Source: Candidatus Kaiserbacteria bacterium (lineage in GTDB: Bacteria; Patescibacteriota; Minisyncoccia; Phycocordibacterales; UBA918). Taken from it: a DNA stretch of 64,000 nucleotides. The notes under the pieces were generated by a model. It saw only the letters and a list, made by a program, of their open reading frames with translations, did not search any database and was not told the origin of the DNA. How positions within the stretch are numbered: position 1 is the stretch's first letter; each line of letters starts with the position of its first letter. The position numbers were made by a program, and so were the translations under genes. Below, piece by piece: positions 28,036 to 36,955 of the stretch. The stretch spans positions 68,976 through 132,975 of the forward strand of contig JACQKD010000001.1 of assembly GCA_016204695.1 (NCBI GenBank). Reading direction: 5' to 3'.

Positions 28036-28824
28036 GTGATGGGTAGTACTCTCACGCAATCGGCACAACAAACTCTCAAGTTTTTTGAGGAGTTTATTAG
28101 GAGAAAAGAGGTTGCTGATTTTATTAAGAAATATAGGGCATATCTCAACTTACCTCCGAGTGGTCTATCTCTCACTAAAGAGGATGAGAGGGAACTGAAA
28201 GAAGGTGTACTACCACATTTGTATATTCCAACAAGAGCCAGAGAAGCATATCCAAAAGATGAAAAAGAGAAACCGTTTAGGGTAGTAAACACCTGTCTGG
28301 CTTTTACGGGGCAACAAGGAGTCAAACTATGGAGTGTAGGGTTGATGCTATTGCATTACCTATTTTTTAATAGAATTACCGCTATACCAGTCAACTTTTT
28401 AGGTACCAATAGAGACGACTTGCTTCGGTTGGAGTATTTGCCAGACGAGCTTTTATGGTTTGATAATGAGGACCACTTTCTTCTCAAATGTATGTACGAA
28501 CATTTTGATGAGGTAAGCAAGACACATCCGGTTGTTTTATACATAAACCCCGAAGTATCCCAGCGACAAATACAGGATTTCCTTGCTAAAAATTGGGCGG
28601 AGATTGAGCAGTACAGAAAGGATGTAAAAAGCCCCATTACCGGTCCGAGAAAGAAAAATAAGCGCACACAGGAGCGCAATGATTTCATTTATGAGCACCG
28701 ACAACTGCCGAGAAAGGAGATAATGCATCTCCTCTATGATAAATATGGAGCCGAGCTTGATATTGATTACGGATACATCGGCAAGATAATCTCGTTGGAA
28801 AAAAAGAGGCGTGAAAAGAAGTGA
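28036..28824 (+). CDS. Hypothetical protein with a basic C-terminal tail (possible nucleic-acid binding)
   Basis: 262 aa; C-terminal KKNKRTQERN...EKKRREKK is basic; no recognised family. Confidence 0.45.
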   Translation: MMGSTLTQSAQQTLKFFEEFIRRKEVADFIKKYRAYLNLPPSGLSLTKEDERELKEGVLPHLYIPTRAREAYPKDEKEKPFRVVNTCLAFTGQQGVKLWSVGLMLLHYLFFNRITAIPVNFLGTNRDDLLRLEYLPDELLWFDNEDHFLLKCMYEHFDEVSKTHPVVLYINPEVSQRQIQDFLAKNWAEIEQYRKDVKSPITGPRKKNKRTQERNDFIYEHRQLPRKEIMHLLYDKYGAELDIDYGYIGKIISLEKKRREKK

Positions 28825-28848
28825 TTGCGGATACTTTCCGCAATCACT
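28821..28848. terminator. Hairpin gtgattgcgg-N8-ccgcaatcac overlapping the stop of the 28036 gene (terminator or origin structure)
   Basis: Perfect 10-bp inverted repeat. Confidence 0.45.
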
Positions 28849-28881
28849 TATGTCTTATACAGACAGTTTTCTGACGGATAA

Positions 28882-28907
28882 CCTGTAGTCGCACGCTACA
28901 GGTTTTT
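28882..28907 (+). terminator. Rho-independent terminator cctgtag-tcgcacg-ctacagg-ttttt
   Basis: 7-bp stem followed by T5. Confidence 0.6.
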
Positions 28908-29088
28908 ATGTTTTCAGAGCCAGAAAACGAGTACAAAACGATAAGCCAAGACACCGATATTGTCCGGCGGGTTTTTGATGACTTTGAGGCACGGAGCAAC
29001 TTTGTTGGCTTCTTTGACCTTGCGTTCAAAGTTGCAAAGCGAAACCCGACGCTGTGGGCGGATATTAGCGGACAAGCACAACCACGCC

Positions 29089-30219
29089 ATGATTGATACT
29101 GTCATCCTCTCTGTTCCAAGAGATAAAGTAATTACGCTTGACGAAACGGCGCGCGGGGTTGCGCCGTGGGACCTGCACGAACGGACGCAGTCCTATAGCG
29201 TCTATGTGAAAAATCCGTCAAGCAAGGACAAGGCAACGGGTCTGTCTTTTCCGCGTCTTACTGGCTGGCGCAGAAGAAACTATGGCGGCATAGGAGGATG
29301 GACATCAGTCCTAAAGATTGAGTTTTCTGTCGCAAAACTCCTCTATAAAAACAATGTGGACGAATTAGAGGATGGGCAATTTGCGCTCGTGGTTGATACT
29401 CTATTGGACCGATTGGACCGGATGGGTGTGCGAATACAGAGGCAGGATATTGAACTGGCAGAGGTACGCGCCGTGCATTACGCGAAAAACATTGAACTTA
29501 CCAGTGGGTACACCTCGCTCTATGCGCTTGGCGAGCTTGGAAAGGTGAATATCACTAAACGATTGGACATGACGAAAACGCGGTTTGTAAACGATGGCGA
29601 GAGTTTGTGCTTTTACGCCAAGTCGCACTCGGTCGTACTGTATGACAAGATAGCCGACTTGCGGAAAAACCAAAAACGGGCGGTAGACCTTGAGCAAACG
29701 GCGTACCAGATGAGTTTGTTTCCCTCACTCAACAATGTGCGCGAGATTTTGCGTCTTGAGGTCCGGTTGAGCGAAAAACGAAAAATGAGCAGTGTCTTTC
29801 AGAAGCTCGGTATACCAGAAAACCCGACTTTCAAGGATGTGTTCTGTGCCAAGAAAAGCCAGATGGTAGTGCGGCACTACTGGGATACGATGATTGAGGG
29901 CAACAGCTTACTCCTGTTCTCGCATTCGCTCACAGCAAAAGACCTGCTCAAGCAAATACTTATCGCACGACCAGACGCAAAGGCGACAAAGCCCATTTAT
30001 CTTGCCGGTCTCGTGCTTCTCGCCCGCGAGGGCAACGGCTTGCGCGAACTGCGGACAATTCTTGCGAAGCGAAGCAATGACCGGCTATGGTATCGGTTAC
30101 GGACTGACCTTGCGGACACAACGGCTGGGCTGGACAGATTGCGACCGCGTGAGTGGTATGACCAAGTGAAAGGGGCACTGGAGAGTTATCAACCTGTGCA
30201 TTTGCACTGTAAAGAATAG
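29089..30219 (+). CDS. Rolling-circle replication initiator, Rep_trans family (pT181 RepC-like)
   Basis: The segment SVVLYDKIADLRKNQK...ILRLEVRLSEKRK matches the Rep_trans active-site region (RIYNK...WRVEIELKR). Start set at MIDTVILSVPRD (29089); the longer ORF starts at 28960. Confidence 0.6.
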   Translation: MIDTVILSVPRDKVITLDETARGVAPWDLHERTQSYSVYVKNPSSKDKATGLSFPRLTGWRRRNYGGIGGWTSVLKIEFSVAKLLYKNNVDELEDGQFALVVDTLLDRLDRMGVRIQRQDIELAEVRAVHYAKNIELTSGYTSLYALGELGKVNITKRLDMTKTRFVNDGESLCFYAKSHSVVLYDKIADLRKNQKRAVDLEQTAYQMSLFPSLNNVREILRLEVRLSEKRKMSSVFQKLGIPENPTFKDVFCAKKSQMVVRHYWDTMIEGNSLLLFSHSLTAKDLLKQILIARPDAKATKPIYLAGLVLLAREGNGLRELRTILAKRSNDRLWYRLRTDLADTTAGLDRLRPREWYDQVKGALESYQPVHLHCKE

Positions 30220-30228
30220 TCAAGTATT

Positions 30229-30438
30229 ATGAGGGATGTAAACATGGTGCAAAGTATGAAAAAATCAAACAAGGAGTTTTATACGGCCCAAGAACTTGCC
30301 GACAAGCTGTCACTCAATGTGATGACCATTTATCGGTACATAGATAGGGGCACACTGAAAGCGTACAAAATTGGCAAGGAGTTTCGGATTGAGAAAGACG
30401 AGTTTGAGAAGTTTCTGAATAAGGCAAAAATAAAATAA
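30229..30438 (+). CDS. Excisionase-family helix-turn-helix DNA-binding protein (candidate recombination directionality factor or regulator)
   Basis: YTAQELADKLSLNVMTIYRYIDRGTLKAYKIGKEFRIEKDEFEKFL matches the excisionase-family HTH consensus. Confidence 0.6.
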   Translation: MRDVNMVQSMKKSNKEFYTAQELADKLSLNVMTIYRYIDRGTLKAYKIGKEFRIEKDEFEKFLNKAKIK

Positions 30439-30441
30439 TTT

Positions 30442-31989
30442 ATGGCATCACTCAATTTCAAAGGAAAGTCGGCGGTTTGGAACCATCACTTATCGGTCCC
30501 GTATCACACGCTTGACTTAGACGTAAAAAAGTCCCGCAAGGGCGCGGACAGCGACGAGAACCTTATCATCCACGGAGACAATTTGCTTGCGCTCAAGGCC
30601 CTATTACCCAAATACCAAGGCCGTATAAAGTGCATCTACATTGACCCGCCTTACAACACTGGGAACGAGAACTGGGTGTATAACGACAAGGTAAACAGTC
30701 CGCTTATCAAAGAGTGGCTAGGCAAGACAGTCGCCAAAGACGACCTCACCAAACATGACAAGTGGCTCTGCATGATGACTCCGCGTCTCAAGCTCCTGCG
30801 GGACCTACTTGCCGATGATGGCGTGATTTTTGTGAGCATTGACGATAACGAGCAAGCACACTTGAAAAATCTAATGGATGAAATTTTTGACGAGGGCAAC
30901 TTTATTGGTGAGTTAATTCACCAAAGGGCAAAGGGTGGTGGTCAAGCGAAACAAGTTGTAAAAGGGCATGATTATATCTGTGCCTACGCAAAAAACATTG
31001 ATAGTGGAATAGTTTTAAGGAGAGCCAAAGTTATCCAACAGGATGTTGTGGAAATAGATGGAAAGGAGTATTTGCGCGACGACGATGTTGTAAGAAAACA
31101 GTTTGGTAAATACGACAAATCTCTCGGAGACAGAAGGTGTTTTTATGAGGAATTAGAGAAATATAAGGGACCAACCAAGAAAAAAGAAATTGACGAAAAA
31201 ATAAAGACCGGCGAACTGGTTTTAGAAAAACATCGGAATGGCATGCGTCTGATTGTGAGGTACACATTATTAGACGAAACATCATCAAAGTTATACTCAA
31301 TAATCAAGGTGCTTTCCGAAGACGGAAAAGATGATTTAGCAGACTTGGGTATCCAAGGGTTTAATTATCCAAAACCAGTTGAACTAATTAGACAACTTAT
31401 TCAGTCCGTCATTCTCAACTCCAACACTAAAAATGAAATTATTTTAGATTCTTTTGCTGGTTCCGGCACCACCGCTCATGCGGTCATCAACCTCAATAAA
31501 GAGGATGGCGGCAACCGGAAGTTTATTTTAGTTGAGATGGAGGACTATGCCGACAAAATAACCGCAGAGCGCGTCCGGCGCGTGATTAAAAAAGACAAGC
31601 TCAAGACCGGCTTCTCGTTCTACAACCTCGGACCGGCCATTGATGCCGAAACGATATTGACTGGTAAGCTCCCAACCTACGAACAATTTGCCAAGTATGT
31701 GTTTTATCTTGCTACTGGCAAGAATCTGAAAGACGAAAAGAAAATAAAAGAGAAAGAGTATTTTGTTGGTAAAGATGGCAACGAGACAATCTACCTGCTC
31801 TACAAACAGGACCCAGAAGCCCTAAAAACGCTCGCCATTACGCTGGACTGGGCGCAGATGGCCCATGGTAAGCACGCCGATAAGAAAATCGTTTACGCGC
31901 CCGCGTGCTACTTGGACGAGGAATCGCTGGATAAGTTCAATATCCAGTTCGTAAGCATTCCCTATAACCTCTTTGAAAAGACAACCTAA
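30442..31989 (+). CDS. Type III restriction-modification system methyltransferase (Mod), N6-adenine, beta-class
   Basis: Motif IV IYIDPPYNTGN comes before motif I DSFAGSGTTAHA (beta-class order). The gene sits directly upstream of the res gene. Confidence 0.85.
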   Translation: MASLNFKGKSAVWNHHLSVPYHTLDLDVKKSRKGADSDENLIIHGDNLLALKALLPKYQGRIKCIYIDPPYNTGNENWVYNDKVNSPLIKEWLGKTVAKDDLTKHDKWLCMMTPRLKLLRDLLADDGVIFVSIDDNEQAHLKNLMDEIFDEGNFIGELIHQRAKGGGQAKQVVKGHDYICAYAKNIDSGIVLRRAKVIQQDVVEIDGKEYLRDDDVVRKQFGKYDKSLGDRRCFYEELEKYKGPTKKKEIDEKIKTGELVLEKHRNGMRLIVRYTLLDETSSKLYSIIKVLSEDGKDDLADLGIQGFNYPKPVELIRQLIQSVILNSNTKNEIILDSFAGSGTTAHAVINLNKEDGGNRKFILVEMEDYADKITAERVRRVIKKDKLKTGFSFYNLGPAIDAETILTGKLPTYEQFAKYVFYLATGKNLKDEKKIKEKEYFVGKDGNETIYLLYKQDPEALKTLAITLDWAQMAHGKHADKKIVYAPACYLDEESLDKFNIQFVSIPYNLFEKTT

Positions 31990-31991
31990 CT

Positions 31992-34478
31992 ATGCTCAAG
32001 GACTATCAAGTGGATGTGGTCAACAAGGTCAAGGACTTTTTCGATACGCTAGATACCAAGCGCGCGACATTTGAAAATCTGCCAAACGACATAAAAGCCA
32101 GTCTTGGTACTGACTACTTATCGTTTGCATTTACCGGTACTCCCTACGCACAATTTGCGGACCGGCCGCGTTCGGGCGCAGGCGCGCTCTACCCGCGCGT
32201 GTGCATCAAAATGCCGACCGGCGGCGGCAAGACATTGATAGCGATTGAAACCATCCGCGCCTATCAAAACATTTTCGCAAAGCGCAAAACCGGTCTCGTG
32301 GTCTGGATAACACACCGCGAGCAAATATACCGCCAGACGATTGAAAACTTGCAAAACAAGAGCCATATCTACCGACAACTTTTGGACCAAGCGAGCGGCA
32401 ACCGCACCATCATCCTTGAGAAAGGCCAGCCGATACGCGAGCAGGATGTACGGGAAAACCTTGTTGTGCTAATGCTGATGATTCAATCGGCCGCCAGAGA
32501 CACGAATAAAATCTTTGAGGATAGCGGCGGATACACGGACTTTTTTCCTACGGATAATCGCTATGACTTACATAAAAAATTGATTGAGGCCGTTCCGAAC
32601 CTTGATAAAACACCGGAGAGCTTGTGGGACCAGATGCAAGTGAAAACGAGCTTGGGCAATGTGGTACGCACGCTCTCTCCGCTCATCATCGTGGACGAGT
32701 TTCATACTATGTTTACCGACAATGCACGGGCAACACTGGACGGACTCAATCCGAGCGTGATTGTCGGGCTGTCGGCGACTCCGAAGCGAGAAATGAATCT
32801 GCTCGTCAATATAACTGGCCAGCAGTTGAAAGCCGCAGAAATGATAAAGCTAGACATGCACCTCTTTGCGCCAACGCAAAACGGCGATTGGCGAGGGATG
32901 CTGGCGGGTATCAAGCAAAAGCGCGACCAGCTTGAGCGCAAGGCGCGGAAACTAGAACAGAACCAAGGCGCGTACATCCGACCGATTGCGCTTATCCAAG
33001 TGGAGCGCACCGGCCGAGACCAACGAGGGCGGGGATTGGTCCATAGCGAAGATGTCCGTGAGCATCTGGTGAGCTTGGGCGTACCGAGGCACGAGATAGC
33101 AGTCAAATCAAGCTCGTTGGACGAGATAAAACAGCAGAAGCTCCTCTCCAAAGAGAGCGAGGTGCGATATATCATCACGAGAGAGGCATTAAAAGAGGGT
33201 TGGGACTGCTCATTTGCCTACATTCTCGGCGTGATACCGAACGCGCGCAATAATTCGTCCATGACGCAACTAGTCGGTCGTGTTCTGCGCCAACCCTACG
33301 CGAAGAAAACCGGCGTTGCCGAACTAGACGAGAGTTACATCTACTTTGCGAGCGGACACACGCAGGAAGCGTTGGAGCGAGTGAAAAAGGGTTTTGACGA
33401 GGAAGGGTTAGGTGATGTCTCCGGCGGCATCCAAACGCTAGATAAGCGAGGACAAGTCGTGTCTGCGCCACGGGTAGTAAGAATCAAAAAAGATATTCTC
33501 AAGGATTATCCAGAATCGCTCTTTTTGCCGGTGTGGTTGATGAAACAGGGCACGACATATCGCCGCTTTGTGTATGAGGTTGATATAAAACCTGCTATTC
33601 GTTGGCAAGATGTCGTGCTTGAGGATTGGATGTCGCACATCATGCCATCCATCGGAACGACCCGCAGACGACAGACAGAAGTGATAGTAGGGCTGGAACC
33701 CGAAACGACAGCTCGGCAGTCAGAAGTGGACGAGGCCACAACCTTTGATGTGTTGTATCTGGCACGCCGACTCTACGAGACGATTGAAAATGCGTTTATT
33801 GCTTATGACATGGCCGCACAAGTGGTTGCCGCCTTGAGTGGACAGGTATCACAAGAATGGCTGGACCGAGATGCCGGATATATTGCGAGAGAGCTGGAAA
33901 TGCACCTCTTGACGCATCGCAAGACGGCAGAAAACACGATATTCAGTGAGCTGATGGAAAGCGGGCAGTTATGCCTTGCTGTGTCGGATGATGATGATTT
34001 GGGATTCACTATGCCGCGTACCGATGTAGTTGAAAACAATATCCGCTCGGCCTACGGCCTGACGCTGTACGAAGATGTTGATGTCGGCTCACTCAATCTG
34101 CTAGAACGAGAAGTGGCGCGCATTATTGAGGCCAGCCCGAAAGTGCTTTGGTGGGCGCGCAATAAGGTAGCGAGGGAATGGTATGCGATACAGGGCTGGC
34201 AGAGGGGCAAAGTGCGGCCGGACTTTATCATTGCGCGGAAAGATAAGAATGACGAGCTTGAGTTTGTGTATGTGGTTGAGAGCAAGGGCGAGCATTTGAT
34301 TGGCAACGCGGACACACAGTACAAGGACGAGGTTTTTGAACGGATGAATAACATGCGGGGTAAGATTAAAAAGTTACTGTTTCGCACCACGACAGTCCGG
34401 CTCAACGACCGTTTCGAGTTTGAGTTATTGCCGCAAAACGAGGAGGAGTTGCGATTACGCACTAAATTGAATGCATAA
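31992..34478 (+). CDS. Type III restriction endonuclease (Res): SF2 helicase-like ATPase with a C-terminal PD-(D/E)xK nuclease
   Basis: Walker A CIKMPTGGGKTLIA, DEAH-like IIVDEFHTM, motif III GLSATP, and C-terminal PDFIIARKD...EFVYVVESKGEH. Confidence 0.85.
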   Translation: MLKDYQVDVVNKVKDFFDTLDTKRATFENLPNDIKASLGTDYLSFAFTGTPYAQFADRPRSGAGALYPRVCIKMPTGGGKTLIAIETIRAYQNIFAKRKTGLVVWITHREQIYRQTIENLQNKSHIYRQLLDQASGNRTIILEKGQPIREQDVRENLVVLMLMIQSAARDTNKIFEDSGGYTDFFPTDNRYDLHKKLIEAVPNLDKTPESLWDQMQVKTSLGNVVRTLSPLIIVDEFHTMFTDNARATLDGLNPSVIVGLSATPKREMNLLVNITGQQLKAAEMIKLDMHLFAPTQNGDWRGMLAGIKQKRDQLERKARKLEQNQGAYIRPIALIQVERTGRDQRGRGLVHSEDVREHLVSLGVPRHEIAVKSSSLDEIKQQKLLSKESEVRYIITREALKEGWDCSFAYILGVIPNARNNSSMTQLVGRVLRQPYAKKTGVAELDESYIYFASGHTQEALERVKKGFDEEGLGDVSGGIQTLDKRGQVVSAPRVVRIKKDILKDYPESLFLPVWLMKQGTTYRRFVYEVDIKPAIRWQDVVLEDWMSHIMPSIGTTRRRQTEVIVGLEPETTARQSEVDEATTFDVLYLARRLYETIENAFIAYDMAAQVVAALSGQVSQEWLDRDAGYIARELEMHLLTHRKTAENTIFSELMESGQLCLAVSDDDDLGFTMPRTDVVENNIRSAYGLTLYEDVDVGSLNLLEREVARIIEASPKVLWWARNKVAREWYAIQGWQRGKVRPDFIIARKDKNDELEFVYVVESKGEHLIGNADTQYKDEVFERMNNMRGKIKKLLFRTTTVRLNDRFEFELLPQNEEELRLRTKLNA

Positions 34479-36009
34479 CAACACTATGAAAGCAGTCATT
34501 TTAGCGAGAGTATCAACCGAGGAGCAGAAAGATGCGGGCAATTCTCTGCCAGCGCAGATTGAGCGTATAAAGGCGTATTGTGCGCGCAGGGGGCTTGAGG
34601 TAGCGGAGACATTTAGCTTTGACGAGAGTGCGTATAAAACAAAACGGGACGAGTTTGATAAAATCCTCTCTTTTGTAAACGAGTCAAAAGAGAAAATCGC
34701 CATTTGTTTTGACAAGGTAGACCGGTTGTCCCGCAACATCTTTGATAAGCGGGTTGCCCTGTTGTACGAAAAAGCAGTTGCCGATGAGATAGAGTTACAC
34801 TTTGTCTCGGATGGGCAAGTCATCAATAATGCGATGAATGCGGGCGACAAGTTTCGTTTTGGAATGCAACTCGGGCTTTCCAAATACTACTCGGACGCGA
34901 TTAGCGACAATGTGAAGCGGGCGTTTGAGCAGAAGCGGCGCAACGGCGAGTGGACTGGTCCGGTGCGTATTGGGTACAAAAATGTCTCGCTGGATAGCGA
35001 GAAGCGATTGCGGAAAGACATTATGCTTGACCCAGAGCGCGCGCCCTTGGTGAAGAAACTTTTTGAGCTTTACGCTATGGGTAATGATTCCATTACGACC
35101 TTGTGGCGCAAGATAACCGAGATGGGCCTTAAAAGTCCGAACGGCAATATGCTCGCGCGGAGCAATGTTGAGCTGATACTCAAGGACTCGTTCTATTACG
35201 GCACGGCTCACTCGCACAGATATGGACTCTACGAGCATCGCTACCCGCGTCTTATTTCAAGAGAACTATTTGAGAAGTGTCAAGAAGTGCGCCTTGGCAG
35301 GAGCTGGAAACGGTCAAAACTTGCCTCTGCGATGGAGTACATTTTCAAGGGATTGCTTACCTGCAAACGCTGTGGCTGTTTGATGACACCAGAAATAAAG
35401 AAGGGCAAGTTTATCTATTACTCGTGCACAAACGCCAAGGGGATATGTAAACGGCTCTATGTGCCGGAAAAAACGCTCCTAGAGCGCGTCCATGCTATTT
35501 TTAGCGATTTTGAAAGTATCCCGAGAGATGTGCAGGAACGGCTAGTTGACGAACTCCGCGCGCTCAATGAGAGCGAGAAGGACTATCATAATAAGCAACT
35601 GGTACGAGTGAGAGCTGAATACGACCGCGTGCAGAAGCGAGTCAATGCTCTGTTGGATATGCGTTTGGACCAGAGTATTACCCACGCCGACTATGACAAA
35701 AAACTACAAGAGCTCAAAGATGAGCAGTACCATTTGGACATAGAAGCCGAGGAGTATACCAAGGCCGACCACGAGTACCATATCCATGTAGGTACTGTGT
35801 TCAACCTTGCCCGCCGTATGAAAGACATTTTTGAGAGTTCTGAAATTGTGGAAAAACGCGCCTTTCTCAACTTCCTACTTCAGAACCCGACCGTATCGGG
35901 CAAAAACCTAGAGTTTACCTTGCGAAAACCTTTCAATCTGATACATGAACTCGCTCTCAATCCTAACTGGCTCCGCGGGCTGGATTCGAACCAGCGACCA
36001 ACGCTTTAA
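34471..36009 (+). CDS. Large serine recombinase/integrase (resolvase domain + recombinase domain + zinc ribbon + coiled coil)
   Basis: Catalytic Ser context AVILARVSTEEQ, then DKVDRLSRN, the recombinase domain, zinc ribbon CKRCGC...YYSCTNAKGIC and a coiled coil. The last 42 nt lie inside tRNA-Asn. Confidence 0.85.
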   Translation: MHNNTMKAVILARVSTEEQKDAGNSLPAQIERIKAYCARRGLEVAETFSFDESAYKTKRDEFDKILSFVNESKEKIAICFDKVDRLSRNIFDKRVALLYEKAVADEIELHFVSDGQVINNAMNAGDKFRFGMQLGLSKYYSDAISDNVKRAFEQKRRNGEWTGPVRIGYKNVSLDSEKRLRKDIMLDPERAPLVKKLFELYAMGNDSITTLWRKITEMGLKSPNGNMLARSNVELILKDSFYYGTAHSHRYGLYEHRYPRLISRELFEKCQEVRLGRSWKRSKLASAMEYIFKGLLTCKRCGCLMTPEIKKGKFIYYSCTNAKGICKRLYVPEKTLLERVHAIFSDFESIPRDVQERLVDELRALNESEKDYHNKQLVRVRAEYDRVQKRVNALLDMRLDQSITHADYDKKLQELKDEQYHLDIEAEEYTKADHEYHIHVGTVFNLARRMKDIFESSEIVEKRAFLNFLLQNPTVSGKNLEFTLRKPFNLIHELALNPNWLRGLDSNQRPTL

Positions 36010-36042
36010 CAGAGCGCCGCTCTACCACTGAGCTACCGCGGA
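35968..36042 (-). tRNA. tRNA-Asn (anticodon GUU)
   Basis: I folded it by hand. The 7-bp acceptor stem TCCGCGG/CCGCGGA, the D arm GCTC-AGTGGTA-GAGC, the anticodon stem-loop GCGCT-CUGUUAA-AGCGT (GUU) and the T arm GCTGG-TTCGAAT-CCAGC are all present, with discriminator G and an encoded CCA; 75 nt. Confidence 0.9.
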
Positions 36043-36119
36043 ATGGGTTTGTTCTTTGAGAGAACACGGCCATTGTACCTGAAAAGCGTGCGGATTCAAC
36101 ATGGTATACTGACATTGGT

Positions 36120-36719
36120 ATGCGGACGGCATTCGGTATTTTCGCTCTCGTGGGTATCCTTGCGATGGTAGGTATGATCGTCGTTGTGCGTTATACACGT
36201 AGTACCGATCAGACGTCTTTTATTCGCCCAGCTAATACTTTCTCGCCTATGCTTACACTAACGAGTCCCGTGTTTGCGGAAGGGGGAACGATTCCTTCCC
36301 GCTGTACTTGCGAGGGGAAAAATATCAATCCGGAACTTCGCATCGAGGGTGTGCCGGAAGGCGCCGTCTCGCTCGCGCTTTTGATGGACGACCCCGACAT
36401 TCCGGAGTCGGTGAAACAATCGAGAGACATTGATGTGTTTGACCACTGGGTTGCTTTCAATATGCCTCCCGATACGGCGGTGATCGCCGAAGGCGCGACA
36501 CCGCCCGGCGTCGAAGGGAGAAACTCCGCCGGAGAGTCGGGGTATAAAGGGCCGTGTCCGCCGGACCGCGAGCATCGCTATTTTTTCAAGCTCTATGCAC
36601 TTGATCGCACGCTTGATCTCAACGCGTCGGCGACGAAAGCCGATGTGGAAAAAGCGATGGAGGGGCATGTTGTCGAAGAGACACAGCTTATGGGGGTGTA
36701 TGAGAAAGTGAATCCGTAG
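36120..36719 (+). CDS. YbhB/YbcL-family PEBP (Raf kinase inhibitor-like) protein with an N-terminal TM anchor
   Basis: DPD.P, HW and YKGPCPP...HRYFFKLYALD signature motifs of bacterial PEBP. Confidence 0.8.
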   Translation: MRTAFGIFALVGILAMVGMIVVVRYTRSTDQTSFIRPANTFSPMLTLTSPVFAEGGTIPSRCTCEGKNINPELRIEGVPEGAVSLALLMDDPDIPESVKQSRDIDVFDHWVAFNMPPDTAVIAEGATPPGVEGRNSAGESGYKGPCPPDREHRYFFKLYALDRTLDLNASATKADVEKAMEGHVVEETQLMGVYEKVNP

Positions 36720-36724
36720 GCGGT

Positions 36725-36946
36725 ATGTATGTGTATGTTCGTGTTACTCCGGGTGCGAAAAAAGAGCGAGTGGCGAAAGTCATGCCGGACCGCTTTGAAG
36801 TGGCGGTGCGGGAGCCGGCGGTGCGCAATCTGGCAAATACCCGGGTGCGCGAGCTCATCGCAGAAGTGTTCGAGGTCGGGGTGGGGGCGGTGCGGATTGT
36901 TTCGGGACATCGCTCTCCGACAAAAATTATAAGCGTAGACGTATAA
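36725..36946 (+). CDS. DUF167/YggU-family small protein
   Basis: VRVTPGAKKERV...AVREPAVRNLANTRVRELIAEVFEV...VRIVSGHRSPTKII fits the DUF167 pattern. Confidence 0.55.
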   Translation: MYVYVRVTPGAKKERVAKVMPDRFEVAVREPAVRNLANTRVRELIAEVFEVGVGAVRIVSGHRSPTKIISVDV

Positions 36947-36955
36947 GTATTTCGT

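Larger units (their letters stand above)
25075..36009. mobile_element. About 11-kb low-GC integrative element next to tRNA-Asn. It carries a large serine recombinase, a Rep_trans rolling-circle initiator, an excisionase-family HTH protein, a Type III R-M system, GH114 and four unknown genes. The left border is approximate
   Basis: There is an abrupt GC drop at about 25.1 kb compared with the flanking GC-rich genes. The recombinase ORF ends inside the tRNA-Asn 3' half. The gene set is typical of integrative mobilisable elements. Confidence 0.55.
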
